A DNA stretch of 64,000 nucleotides from positions 1,860,001 to 1,924,000 of the forward strand of contig SMSO01000033.1 of NCBI GenBank assembly GCA_004764695.1. Reading direction: 5' to 3'. The notes beneath the pieces are model-generated. The model saw only the letters and a program-made list of their open reading frames with translations, ran no database searches and was not told where the DNA came from. The position numbers and the translations under genes are program-made. Below are positions 33,801 to 46,166 of this stretch, in pieces. How positions within the stretch are numbered: position 1 is the first letter of the stretch; each line of letters opens with the position of its first letter. Origin of the DNA: Schizochytrium sp. TIO01. Lineage: Eukaryota > Protista > Bigyra: Labyrinthulomycetes.

Positions 33801-35149
33801 AGTCTCACATGAGAGAAAGCCTCTAATACCCTCTAGGCAGCAGGCACTTTGGGTACAGGCCCGCCCTCTTGAAGTTGTTATTTAGCCATTTCCTACTGAG
33901 TGCTCCATCAACCGATTTCTCTCCGTCAAAGAACAACTACGGGTGGCTCTATGCGTCGCTACTGCAGAACACTAGGACTCTTCCGAACGACACTAAGCTA
34001 GCTAGAGAAAGTAAAATAAAGCAAAAATGATCAGTGATGTGATACGAATAGCGCTGGATCAATGGAGTATTTAGTCGCCAAAATAGTGCACAGCTCGCAC
34101 TTTTCGTGACCCGCGCAAAATGGGGTGAACAGTTAGGCAGGTGTATTTGGGCTGCTGACTGGCCGCCATGATCCTGAGAGAAATGATGATGCGACAAACG
34201 GCTCAAGACACCGACTGCCTCCGAACCTGCCGGCGCCGAGATGTCCTGGATCAGCTCTTATGTTTCCGTAGGCCGTACACGCCGCCAGCTTTCCCTTTCT
34301 TCTGAATCGCAAGCCCAAAATGTCTTGAATTTGAGCTAGAAAGGTCCCTAATCATTGAATTTATTATTCATAGGGTAAAAAACGAACCTAGAGTCGATTT
34401 TTTTTTTAAACTACTAATTTAAAAAAAGGTTAAAAATGAAAAGCCTAGAATTTTTTTTTTTTTTCTGTTTCTCTAAGCCAACGAACCTGAATCAAAACAA
34501 TTATTCAACAAAAGTAGCACAAAAGATATACTGAAGGGTCCCTTGAAGTTTTTCTTTTCTTATCCCACCGCCCCTCTTCTCCTTTTCTCCAGAGCAAGCA
34601 GCAGCTTTGTGCCGCGGCGTGACTCGCTGTGCTCTAAACGTGCATTTCATCAACCTAACCACCCCCAACTATCCTCGCTACACCCGCTACACGTTGCCGC
34701 GGCGTGCCACCTAATTGTCCTCGTCTCCACACGCCCCCTTTCTCGAAGGCTGCCTCGCCACCTTCCTCCGTGTCCAGCCAGAAGCCCGCAAACGCCCATC
34801 GACTTCGAGACACAGAGACGCCCCTTCCCTTCCACCACGCGGCTCTTCAGTCGTGTGTTCGGTGCGGCACGGGTCTCGGGAAAGCGTTTCTTCTTACAGA
34901 TGGGTGCCAGGGAGGCTGTGAGGCTGGGCGGCAGCGAGACCCGGAGAGGCCTGCGAGGAGCCGGCCTAGAAGTCTCCAGGGGCCTCTGGCAGCTAGAAGC
35001 AGCAGCGGCAGATCGCATGTATGTGATGCGTACGAGCGAAGCCAGACAGATCGAGGCTGTCGCTCTGACGGGGAAGAAGTAAGTAGGCACTAGCTAGCTG
35101 CCCAGCCATCCTTCTACCCACCCGGCTAGCCGTCCATCTACCCAGCTGG

Positions 35150-35250
35150 CCAGCTATAGCTAGCTAACCAACCAGCTATAGCTAGCTAACCAACCAGCTA
35201 TAGCTAGCTAACCAACCAGCTATAGCTAGCTAACCAGCTATAGCTAGCCA
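35150..35250. repeat. 22-bp minisatellite (CCAGCTATAGCTAGCTAACCAA) x ~5
   Basis: Read directly; the last units are shortened. Confidence 0.9.
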
Positions 35251-35444
35251 CTAGTGAGGGGCATCCCAAGACTCGCGTTGAGACCGCTAGCGATCGCTCT
35301 TAGAAGGCGCCGCTTTCTTCCTAACTTGGGCTCACAGGCCGCCTTCGAATGCGCCTCAAGGCTCGAGCTGGCCGGGGACAGGGGCCTTGTGGACCCAAAG
35401 CTGCGCCTAGCGACCCGTAAGGCGAGAACCCAACCAATAATAGC

Positions 35445-35509
<65 letters not shown>

Positions 35510-35520
35510 TGATGATGATG
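35445..35520. repeat. (AAT)n(GAT)n compound microsatellite
   Basis: Read directly. Confidence 0.95.
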
Positions 35521-37944
35521 ATAGATAGGCGGCTTGAGAGCACAGGGCGGTACGCAGAGAGAGAGAAGATGGAGAGAAGATGGAGGGCCGCCGCCCCTTC
35601 CTTGCTCTCGCAGTTTCCTGCCTTCTCTCGCAGGTCGAGCGCCAACGGCTTCGCTCCACGTGGTGGGAGAAACGGGAGCCGCGCTCGTTCCCCCTCCTCC
35701 ACGAGGACAGAAGGTTGAACGTCGACCACGACGAGGGCAGAAAGGGGCGAAGAGGAGGTCACGTGGATCGCCGAGAGCGTGGAAGGCATGACATGACATG
35801 GACCCGGTTCGCAGGTGTCCCGTCGATTCATGCATGGGGATGGGACTCTAAGACGTAACAGGAGGCGATGGATAGGAAAGAGGACCAACCAACTAACGGC
35901 CTGTCATCAGCTCTTTTAAAAAATTATTGTTACTGTTATATATATATATATATTTATTTATTTATTATTGTTTTACATATGGCAGGCAGTATGTAACGGT
36001 TGTTCTGTTTGTTCCAGACACTGGTGACACGAAGAGAGATTTCTTCAAAATGATTTTTTGTTGAGATAGTTTCTATAACGGCACAATCGACATCATCGTG
36101 CGCTTTTCGTTTGAAACTTAAAGCGAAGCGAAGAGGAAATGCCAAGTCGGTCTCGAGCGTATCAGAGATCCCACTGGGACTGATCTGATGGAGTATGGAT
36201 GGAGGGGGCCTTTCAGGCCCAAGCCCGAGCCGAGCAACGAGCAACGATGGGTTATAAAGCTCCCAGGGCAAGTTGCTTGGTTGTGCGTACGCATTGATCA
36301 AGTGTTCCTACCGCGACGGCTTGGTTTGTGAGAAAATAGCGACGAACGAAAAGGTGTCGCTACTTATGTAGAGAAATTGCGTGCATCTTCAATGTTGAAT
36401 GTGGACTCACTCCAACATCTCTGAATAAAATAACCGACTTCTGTGCAGTGCGGCAACGGTCTGTTTTTAAAAGAGCGATTTAGAATACAGAGACTGCGCA
36501 GTCCTCAGATCGTGCAAAATTCGCGCATGTTTACAGAGGTGGGAGGAATTTGACTCGAACTCATCGCATCTACCTGGTCGCACGCAGTACGGTCAAGAAC
36601 TATGATCATTTCGTCTCATTTCTTGATTTCGAAGATAGATAATTATGAGTCAGAAGGAAACGAAATGGTTGCTTGAGTCTGTATGGAACTAAGAAATGGG
36701 CTCACCCAAAAATAACAAAAAAGAAAAGAAAAAAAAAACCTTTGTAATTTTTAGAATTCCTTTTTAAAACTTTTTTCTTTCAAATTTTACTCCTTTTTTT
36801 AATCGTCATCTTCGTTTTTAGGTTTTATAAAAATGAGTAAAAACGTTTTTATGTGCAGAACTTTGGCACCAAGGCAGCACTGCAACTTGAAGAAAGAAAC
36901 TGAAAAAGAAAATGTGTTTCGCTTTCGGAATGAGCGACAAGCACATGCCCTTGCACTTGGCTGGGATATCAACAAGGTTGTCCAGAAGTTGCATCTGAGA
37001 AATGCATAAAATCAGTTTGTTTGGAATAAACAAAAGAGGGGCTCGTACGTACACCACTTGCCGTAGGAGGGGTTCTTTTCAAACAAGAGTATACTCATAT
37101 ACCTTTAGTGTGATTGATCTATAGTAATCAATCTGCCTGCATTGTGTTTTTTAACGGTGCTATCGAGAGAATGGCAGAGCTTAGCCCTGTAGCATGAAAC
37201 TCAATAGATAGATGGTAATAAAACTGAGAACTACTCATGGCGCATCTGGCTTTTTCACTTGAAATATCAGCAAAGTAAAAAAAATCCCCTTCACTCGAGC
37301 GAAATTGAAGCAAATAAGTCGCGCGGACCATTAAACAATCTCAAAGTCCACTATCCATGTTCAGAGTTCAAGTGAGTAATCTGCTTTAAATTTCTAAAGG
37401 AACGTGGTATATTCACAAGGGAGTTAACGCATCGCAACGTAAAGAATTGAGCAAAATTGTGAGTCTTCTGGATCCCTTTATCAATAGAGAAAAATGGTGC
37501 ATGGGAATTAACATCAGTTGAGACAGACCCAAAGAAATAGGCAAGGCAAATACAAGAAAATCATAAGATACGATTCACTATTCTAGGTAGCTGGCTAGGC
37601 AAAAGCAGATCTTGAAATCCTTTCAAAGCGAATACTATTTTCAATGAAAGTCTACTTTTAGATGGGGAAATTTGACGCAACAAGAATCTCAAGGAATGAT
37701 AATATAATTACCATGTGGTACCCACAGTGGCGATCAAAACTTCAGGAGATTTCGACCTATACAAAGTAGCTTCGTATGATAACCCCCCATTGAAGTTTTT
37801 TCTGCTGGAACTAGAAAAATCGCTACCCCTTGTTATTGACCTTGATCTCTTTGATCACAATGATCGAACACGTCAGTAGAAGTATGTACGCATACATACC
37901 GTATTCTCATTGATGTCACAAATCGTGCATAGGTCTAAATTACT

Positions 37945-39711
37945 TCATGCCTCGCGTGGGAAATCTATTGACTTGAAGTTAGAAGCGAAAAGATTCATAG
38001 GTCCCCCAACTGCATCAAAAACCCCATTCGAAAATGGCTTGTAGTTTTGCAAGGAAGCCATTGAGTAAAGGAGCCTGACAATATAGCATACTGTATCCTC
38101 CAAACGAAATCGATTCTTCATGAGATCAGAAATCCTTTCGTGAATTAATCTTGCCTCTTCAGCACCTTCCGGAGTATTCAACCACTCACGAATAAGAGGT
38201 AGATTGTCAAAGTTCGCATTCACTGGGACATAGTGCTCCCATGCTTGAAGAATATCATAGTAGTGCTCTCGGTATGTAACAGGAGATCGATGCCAAAGAA
38301 CTACAGATTGCATGAATAATTTGGAAATGAGCCCCCAGCTCGCAGAGTTTCCATCAATATGGACATGATAACGATGTTCTGCAAACGTAGACTTGCTAGC
38401 AAGCCGGGCGCTACGAGTCATATTCAAGAACCCTGCTTTTATCATGGATTTTGAGACTCCATCAAGTGTTGTAAGAGCTACATCGAACCCAGGTGTGTCT
38501 TTAAAACGGCGAACGAGTTCTGGACGAGGCATCATGTATACAATGTCAACATCGAATGGAATGCCGGTAGTTCCACCGCGCCAAAATATATCATCATTCC
38601 GTTTGCTCCACAACGGTTTTTCTACCCTCCTGCGCATCCCAGAGCCGCTGGGGGACAATCTGACTGCCCGAAGGAAGGGCGGTGTAGGAAACAGCGGGCA
38701 CGGGGAGGCGTCGGTTCCAACAAACCTCATCACTTGCGGCAGCGGATATGTCCACCCTTCAGAACTGTATTTGAAGGGGCTTTCACTTTGGGGTACTGCA
38801 TAGTCATTACCATCAAAACCAAAGAGTACGTCAGGTAGCTCCACAGCACATGCCACATCCTTGATTGCGTATAATGCCTCGTGAAAAGTCCGTTTTCCCG
38901 TGATATCACCCTCCATTTGGCACTCCTGGTAGAGAACCTCGTTTTTGCGAATCCATACAAGAAAAGGAAAGACCTCTGCTTTACACATGCGCAAGAGTCC
39001 TCGCAAATTGTATTTGGTGATCGAAAAGATTCGAAACATGCGCTCCAACTCTGGCTCCTTGCTTGGACATTGAGCCTCACACAAAAATTCATCCACCGGC
39101 ATACGATTCTCGCAAGTAGTACTGAATAGAAGGTTTTTCAAATTAAATCCGTGTTGGTTGTCAGCACCTTCCGTCGAGCGAAGCGACTGCCCTGGGTTTC
39201 TGTTCAAATCAAGTGAAATCGTTGCTTCAGCCTTGGCACGGTTCGAATGGCAACTGTCAACCTTTTCTTGGAGAGCCACAACCTGATGAATAGCCTTGAC
39301 CTGCCGACTTTCTCTCATCATTTGGTCATATTTTGGCGGAGGTCCCCGTACGAAAGGGATGCCTGTAGCTTCTGAAACAGCTTCAACAGCATCGACCAGA
39401 GTTGTCTCGACCGCAGCAGTGTCAAGGTTGGTTGAAACTGTTCCATTGCTAATCAATGAAACCAATTCTAGTGCTTGCTTGGTTTGCTCTGGGTGGATGA
39501 CTTGCAGCTCAGGTATGGATAGTGCTGCGATCCCGAGGTCTGCTTCGCGCAGGGAAAGGTCTGCTACGTGTTGTTTTGGCATCACCGACAAGCGGCTCGT
39601 CAACCTCACGAGGAGGCGATGCTGAAAAAGCAAGACCACACCCGCCAGAATCAAGAGGCACACCACAGAGGCCCTCTTCAAGCTCAACGGGGACATCTTT
39701 GCTAGAGACAT
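37945..39711 (-). CDS. Glycosyltransferase family 90 (CAP10/POGLUT/KDELC-like), type II membrane
   Basis: N-terminal TM anchor (VVCLLILAGVVLLF). GT90 motifs IFWRGGTTG, RYHVHIDGNSASW, SVVL and EHYYDILQAWEHYVPV. Confidence 0.85.
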   Translation of the reverse strand: MSLAKMSPLSLKRASVVCLLILAGVVLLFQHRLLVRLTSRLSVMPKQHVADLSLREADLGIAALSIPELQVIHPEQTKQALELVSLISNGTVSTNLDTAAVETTLVDAVEAVSEATGIPFVRGPPPKYDQMMRESRQVKAIHQVVALQEKVDSCHSNRAKAEATISLDLNRNPGQSLRSTEGADNQHGFNLKNLLFSTTCENRMPVDEFLCEAQCPSKEPELERMFRIFSITKYNLRGLLRMCKAEVFPFLVWIRKNEVLYQECQMEGDITGKRTFHEALYAIKDVACAVELPDVLFGFDGNDYAVPQSESPFKYSSEGWTYPLPQVMRFVGTDASPCPLFPTPPFLRAVRLSPSGSGMRRRVEKPLWSKRNDDIFWRGGTTGIPFDVDIVYMMPRPELVRRFKDTPGFDVALTTLDGVSKSMIKAGFLNMTRSARLASKSTFAEHRYHVHIDGNSASWGLISKLFMQSVVLWHRSPVTYREHYYDILQAWEHYVPVNANFDNLPLIREWLNTPEGAEEARLIHERISDLMKNRFRLEDTVCYIVRLLYSMASLQNYKPFSNGVFDAVGGPMNLFASNFKSIDFPREA

Positions 39712-40237
39712 CTCCGGGGCCTATCTTCCCCGCCCTCTGGTTCTGCAGTTGTTGCAACTTTGCTGCTGCGACTTCGCGTCAACCTCCAGAGCTAGTCCCT
39801 GCCTGGCACATTCAGTGACATTTTAGAATTAACATCGTGCAAGCAAGCGGACTGTTCTCTTCTTTCCTGCTATTACCGTGTGAATACCAACCGTTATCGT
39901 ACCCAAATAATATCGGTACTAACTAAGTACCTTCCATTTTTAAACTTTAGAAGAAAAGAACACAAAAATAAAAATGGTATGATCCACAGACACCTAAGAT
40001 AGCTAGCTAGCTCTACCTTTGCTGCGACCGCTCTGTATTAGTGGGATCTACAAAGTTCTTCGCTTCTGATTTGTCGGTTCCCCCTTTTTTCACGGTTACC
40101 CAGCTCTGCCAAAGCGCTGCAGAGGCAGGAACTGGCGCTCTTCTCCTGCAAGGGCGCGGCTGGAGACGCCTGCGCTTGTCCCCTCTCCGTCCATCCGTCT
40201 GCCAGTCCATCGCACTCAATCAAGCAACTCTGCATTT

Positions 40238-40295
40238 TCATTCATTCATTCATTCATTCATTCATTCATTCATTCTTCATTCATTCATTCATTCA
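40238..40295. repeat. (TTCA)n microsatellite
   Basis: Read directly; one interruption. Confidence 0.9.
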
Positions 40296-40579
40296 TGGTT
40301 TTCCCTGAAGAGAAACACAAAAAGAAGAACTTCAAGAAAAAACACAGTCTTTCCTGTCCTGACCTGCCTTGGTATTAAGCAATGTTGTCGCAGTTGAGAA
40401 GCAGAGCCTCGGCCTGCCTCCTCGCCCCTGCCAACTCAAACGTTAGATTGGAAGTCAAGCTCAGTCACAGTGTCGCCGCTGGCGTTTCCTGCGTGCGTCA
40501 TCTTGCTTTGCCTCATCCACGGCCATCAGTTGATTAGGCGACGCTTCATCTTCAGCATTGAGCTGCGACTCTTGAAGAC

Positions 40580-40663
40580 AAAAGCAACGCAAAGCAAAGC
40601 AAAGTAAAGTAAAGCAAAGCAAAGCAAAACAAAGCAAAGCAAAGCAAAGCAAAGCAAAGCAAA
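40580..40663. repeat. (AAAGC)n microsatellite
   Basis: Read directly; imperfect. Confidence 0.9.
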
Positions 40664-41413
40664 GTTAAGTTTTCTTCTTCGTCTTCTTCTTCTTCTTCTT
40701 CTTTATGTAATCAATTTCAAATTAAATCAAACTAAATTCTTACTTTTTTTTTTAAATTAAATTTAAAAGAAGTAGAAGAAGAACTAAAAAACCTGGTTCG
40801 TGAACCCTGAGATATCCCAGGAGCGTCCTCCGACGCTCGATCTCAGAACCAAAGCAGCCCTGCCTGCCTCATTTCTGTACCAGTGCCACAGCTTTTGAGG
40901 GCCCTCCGTGCTCGCTTCCATGGACTTAAGATCCCGTCGCGGTTTCAGCAACCAAAGTAGTTAGTTCTTCAAGTGCGCGCTTCCGCATGCTGTCGTGAGG
41001 ACCTCGCTTGCTACCTTCCTCCTGCATATGCAGGCTCCAACTCTCAACACGCGGTGTCACCTTGTGATGGTATTATGCTGTTGTGCTATTATGATGCAGT
41101 CAGTCAGTCTCAGTCAGTCAGTCAGTCAGTCAAGCGGAGATCACGATAGGAGTGGAGTGCGCGTCAATCCTGGAATCAGCGGAGCCGTCGCCGCTCCCGC
41201 CGCAGCCACCGCCACCACCTCCTGCAGGGCCACCAAGGGAGGACCTGCCAGCCTGCTCGTGAACTAGCAAGCAAAGTCAACCAAGAGGTTTGCGCTGGTT
41301 GCCTGGGATCATTGGGGGCGTCTGGTTCTGTAGTACCTAGAACCTAGGTGCTACCGTGGAGCATGTCACTTTGAATGGCCCTAAAGTGCGACGGGTCCAT
41401 TGAAGATGGGAGT

Positions 41414-41547
41414 TGCAATTGCTTGCAAATGAGAGCTGCAATTGCTTGCAAATGAGAGCTGCAATTGCTTGCAAATGAGAGCTGCAATTGCTTGCAAATG
41501 AGAGCTGCAATTGCTTGCAAATGAGAGCTGCAATTGCTTGCAAATGA
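41414..41547. repeat. 23-bp minisatellite (TGCAATTGCTTGCAAATGAGAGC) x ~5.8
   Basis: Identical head-to-tail units, no spacers. Confidence 0.95.
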
Positions 41548-43040
41548 ATGCAAAAGAAGGGCCCAGGTACAGAATGCAATATCCACCCGCAGAACATTGG
41601 CTTCTGCACAAGACAAAAGACAAACAGGCCACTGGCAGGCAATGAAAACCATCTAGGCAGGCAGCCCAGACGCCAGCCAAATCGGGAGAAACAAGATGGT
41701 TTATTCACCTGCCGCTCCACTCTTGCAGGCCGCAGCGGAGGGAGCGGCTCGGCTCACGCTGGCTGCCTGTCTGGCTGCCTTAAATTGCCTCGTTCGCTTA
41801 GAATCGTTCTCCAAATAGGCACATGCTGCCATGTTGAGCTAGAGACAACGAGCCTGAATAGATGCACAATCAGAAGATGAACCTGGGAACCAGGACTGAG
41901 AGATGACAAATGATCTGTTTTGGAAATATCTGAGCAGGTGCGGTGCCTGCCAGTGATTGGCGAGGCTGGTGTTATCAATGCGCGTGTGTGAATGGCTGCA
42001 GGGCGCAGCCACTCGTGGCTGCAGCTTGAGAGTGTATTTGACCTGCGGTCTTCCCAGATCCAACGGCGCAGACTCGTTAACAGACCTCAATGAGTGATTG
42101 TTTTTGTTTAATTTTTGAATTATGTTTAATTAAGTGTGACTCTAGAGTGAGAGTGCTCCCATCTCCGAATTTAACTTAGGGTGAGTGCGAGTGACACGAA
42201 TGGTTCGATGAATGAGATTGTTTAGGCTTGCTTTTTCTCCATAGTTAAAAGAAGATTTTAACTCATTTTAATTCACTACCTCTGGCTAGTAGTGAGAGCG
42301 CAGAAGGTTGTGGTGAAATGAAGAGAAACGAACACTTAGCTTCACTAAGGTGGTACATAGTATCCTACTACCTAGATGAAATGAGCGAGCAGATGGTAGC
42401 TGAGCGCTCTTTCCCAGCTCCCTCCTACCCTCAAGTTGGGTCTTACAGCCTCAAGTAAACTGACTAAACTGCCGCTTCTTCTCCTCCTGATTCAGGTCCG
42501 CATTAAGTAGTCTACTAATTGATTTAATCTTGGTGCGGTTGCCAAACACGGGCATCGGCTTTTCATTGATATAAACTGGAATTAGACTGAATTTTAACTC
42601 CTGGTAGGTTGACAACCACAGACACGAATAAGGCATAGCAAAAGCCTACCCTAGGTACTTTTCCATCTAGAAGGTGGCGACATGGATAGAATTTGGATGG
42701 TTCAAAATAATATTTAGAATTGTAAGCGGCGCTGATGGTCTCCCAAAAACACAGCATAACTACTTGCCTTATATATTCTTAATCTGCATGAGAGAATTTT
42801 ATAGAAGCAGAGAGATAGACAAATGGCCAAGCTGAACATTGTTATTAGTATGTGTTTCTTTCTTATATTTTAATGCAAGTCAAAGAATCAATAGTAGTAC
42901 CCTAGTGTCTTCTCAAAGGCCAAAGTGCATGCCAGAACAAGTCTCAATCTATCAGTACGCTTCTACATAGGGATTTATATGTAGTGCCGCTCCTTCGCAT
43001 GCGCAGAAAACCTGTTGCAGCACGAATTTCTTTTCTAAAA

Positions 43041-43211
43041 TTGTTTGTTTGTTTGTTTGTTTGTTTGTTTGTTTGTTTGTTTGTTTGTTTGTTTGTTTGT
43101 TTGTTTGTTTGTTTGTTTGTTTGTTTGTTTGTTTGTTTGTTTGTTTGTTTGTTTGTTTGTTTGTTTGTTTGTTTGTTTGTTTGTTTGTTTGTTTGTTTGT
43201 TTGTTTGTTTG
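43041..43211. repeat. (TTTG)n microsatellite, ~42 units
   Basis: Pure run. Confidence 0.98.
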
Positions 43212-44415
43212 TGTGTTTGTAAAAGAGTTGTAGGTTTAGAAGACTGAGTTTGGCTTTGTATAAGGTGATGTAGAGCAGAAAAAATGTCAACACCCCAATC
43301 TGTGTAGATGTTAGCGTTGCAGTAATGCTGAGTGTTGTGCGCGCTTCAGTTGTATAGGCATTATCATGCCAAAATGTATGATTGCGTATTTTCAGACCAT
43401 CCAGAATAATGAATGGCATTTTTCATTGTGTGAACGAAAACAGAGGATTACATGCTGTGTTCTAATAAGTAAAAATATTGGACTTGAAGCAATATTCTAT
43501 GTGGCAATAGAAGCAAAGCAAGCAAAGGCAAGTCTTTTATAGAAGACAGAGAGTGAATGTAATTTGGAAAGTAGAGTTCTCTGAAATTCGCACATGTAGA
43601 CTTTTTAAAATCTAATTCGACATGTTGTACACATGAGAAAAAAGTAGCCAAGTAGGTAAAACGAAAAGTTGGGTAAATTTGCATTTGTAAAGTATGAAAG
43701 GTTATAGAGAGATGGTTGTGAGTCTAACATGATTGCCTCCTGCAGTGAAGCTGAAGAAAACATAAGCCTAATTAGATCCTTGAACATTTGACACAAGGCT
43801 CAGACTAGTTGAATTCAGATCCGCATGAGCAGTGTGTGGGGGACGAATTAACGGCGATGCATGGCCTTGGTAGATGACAAAACCAAGCCCGCCCTGAGTT
43901 AGTTTGTGCATTGCTAATCAGTATCGTCATCGTGGTGTTGCAGCGTCCAAATAAGAGCGCTGTTGTTTCAGTTGAGTCGCATAGACATACCGAAGCTCGT
44001 TATCTCTTCCTCGCAGCCCAAATATAGGTGAACAGGTAGGAGAAATACGTTGAAGAGCTTCGATGCATGATCGAGGGTGCAACTCTCAGCAGGTTCGTCA
44101 GGTATGGTACGATCTGGCGAGAGACACCGAGATAGATTTGGTAATGGTGGTGGTGATTTGCAGTAGAAGAGACGGGATGTGTTCAAGAAGTGACAATGTA
44201 AGAACTCTGATCGACTGTCGAGTTTCATTGAATTGACTCGAGAAAAGTAGATTCCAGACACTTTACTTCAAGTTGAAAGGGGCTTGAAGTGAATTTCACA
44301 AGATCAAGAGGGAGATCACTGGGGGTTTTGTCGTTGCTCTCAGTGCTACTGCTGTAGTAGATAGGGTTGTGGTTATGATTGCTGGTGTTGTTGTTGCTGG
44401 TGCTGGTGGCGTGGC

Positions 44416-44760
44416 TTAGTCAACAATGAGATCCTTAATACTCCAGTCCTCAAAGGTGCCGTCGGGAAGGTACCGGCGGATAATGATGGGGATCTTACGT
44501 GCTTGGAGCTCCATTTGGGCGATGCGAAGAGGGTCAGTCTCGTCTTCAATCTCGACCATGACGGGTGCATTCATGGAAATCTGCAACGCACGCGTACCCA
44601 AGATCCGAGCGCGCTCATACTTCGTCAAGTAGCGGGTGGTTCGGCGAGGCTTTTCGTCGAGAACAGCTTCATCCTCGTTGAGGATCTCGCTCTGGTGCTG
44701 CGAGGGCGGGCTTGGCTGTACATCGCCAGTCTTCAGGCCTTGGTCAGTTTCTGCGCTCAT
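44416..44760 (-). CDS. RPB6: DNA-directed RNA polymerases I/II/III shared subunit RPABC2
   Basis: [28 protein letters not shown]...DPLRIA..EL...[17 protein letters not shown]. First ATG at 44760. Confidence 0.96.
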   Translation of the reverse strand: MSAETDQGLKTGDVQPSPPSQHQSEILNEDEAVLDEKPRRTTRYLTKYERARILGTRALQISMNAPVMVEIEDETDPLRIAQMELQARKIPIIIRRYLPDGTFEDWSIKDLIVD

Positions 44761-46166
44761 CGTAAGATAGCAAATAGGCTGAGTCCTCAAACAGAGTCAG
44801 ACAGAAACAACCACAGAGCGTCGCGTCCAAAGGCTGCCGTCACAGTCAATTACGTGCCGGCCCTTTCGAGGTTTGATTCTTTCCTATTCGTCTCCTTTGT
44901 TTCTCTCCTCCTTCTCATTCATACATCAAAGGCAACGAGTGCCTTCCATATATTTTATTTACCTTTAGCTGCTGTTTTTCCATTCCTTTCTGCCAATGAC
45001 TAGTAGGTATATCGTAGGCATAGATAGTCTCGTTTATTCGCTCGTTCATCTCATTCATCGCATTCAAGTTCTCCTCAATGACCTTTCGTTTGCTCTACCA
45101 TATAATACTTAGCTACTGTCCAATATCATGGCGAGGTAGCCACCAACTAGCCTAATGGTAGCCTACAGTTTTCAATAGCCAAACAAAAATGATCGGAGGA
45201 GAACAGAACATTGTGAAATGTCGGAATTTGTCCACAGAAAAGTGGTAGTTTTACCCAAAACAGAGATGACGACCCGTTATGGGCTCCAACGTGGAGGTAG
45301 TAGAGTTGTTATTAGATACTATAATAGTGTAAGAACTGAGATAAATTGCAACATTTGGAGGGATGAGCTTTTATGAATTGATGTGAAGCTTAACATGAAG
45401 ATACGCAAAGGATCTTGCAAGGACATACTTGAGAGTACGTAATAGATGGAGTCGAAGTCTAACAAGCTAAGGACACATGTTGTGATTCTAGTTTATTGCT
45501 TGTCTTCTAGAATTCAATCAAGTTTAATATTAGAATTTAACTAAGTTTAACATTATCACTCTCTATATTGGCTTCACTGGAGGCAATCTTGTGAATCTTG
45601 TAGCCTGGTCATTATCTTCAAAATTTGCATGGACAATTCAATTTTCCTTCAGTAGTTACCCCCATTTGCAGTGGCTTCTTCGTTACAAGTTTAGCTCATG
45701 ATCTTCAAAGCATAAGAATGGGAGGAAAATAAACGAAGACGCAAAGAAGCATTGAAAGAAGAACTTCTCTACCTAATAGGAAATAGGCTACTACTAACGA
45801 ATGAGCAGTAAAAAGATTCCAGACTGGAGTACTAAGTAAGTTATTATATAATGTTTGGGTTGGCAAGTAAGTAAACAGTCAACGCTTTTGCTATTGCTTG
45901 TGCTCCTGCTCCTGCGCCTGCTCGATCGGGGCAGGCAAAGCGTGCTCGGGCAGTGCGAATTGCTCGGACACTCTATAGCAGGAAATACCTGCGAGTCCCT
46001 TCGTCTGTCAGGCGTCTTTCCTATATCTCACGAGCGACAAAGGCTCAAACGCGCCTTGTCAACTGAAGACAGGCATAGTCGCTGTTCTTCTGATTCTTCA
46101 TTCTTTGTCGTCGGCAACGTTGTCCAAAACCGTTTAAGAAAAAAATAATCCTCTGTTCATATCATC

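Noticed and set aside
41414-41547. CRISPR array (also considered 35150-35250 and 23786-23858)
   Set aside because: Units are head-to-tail with no unique spacers, there are no cas genes, and the context is eukaryotic.
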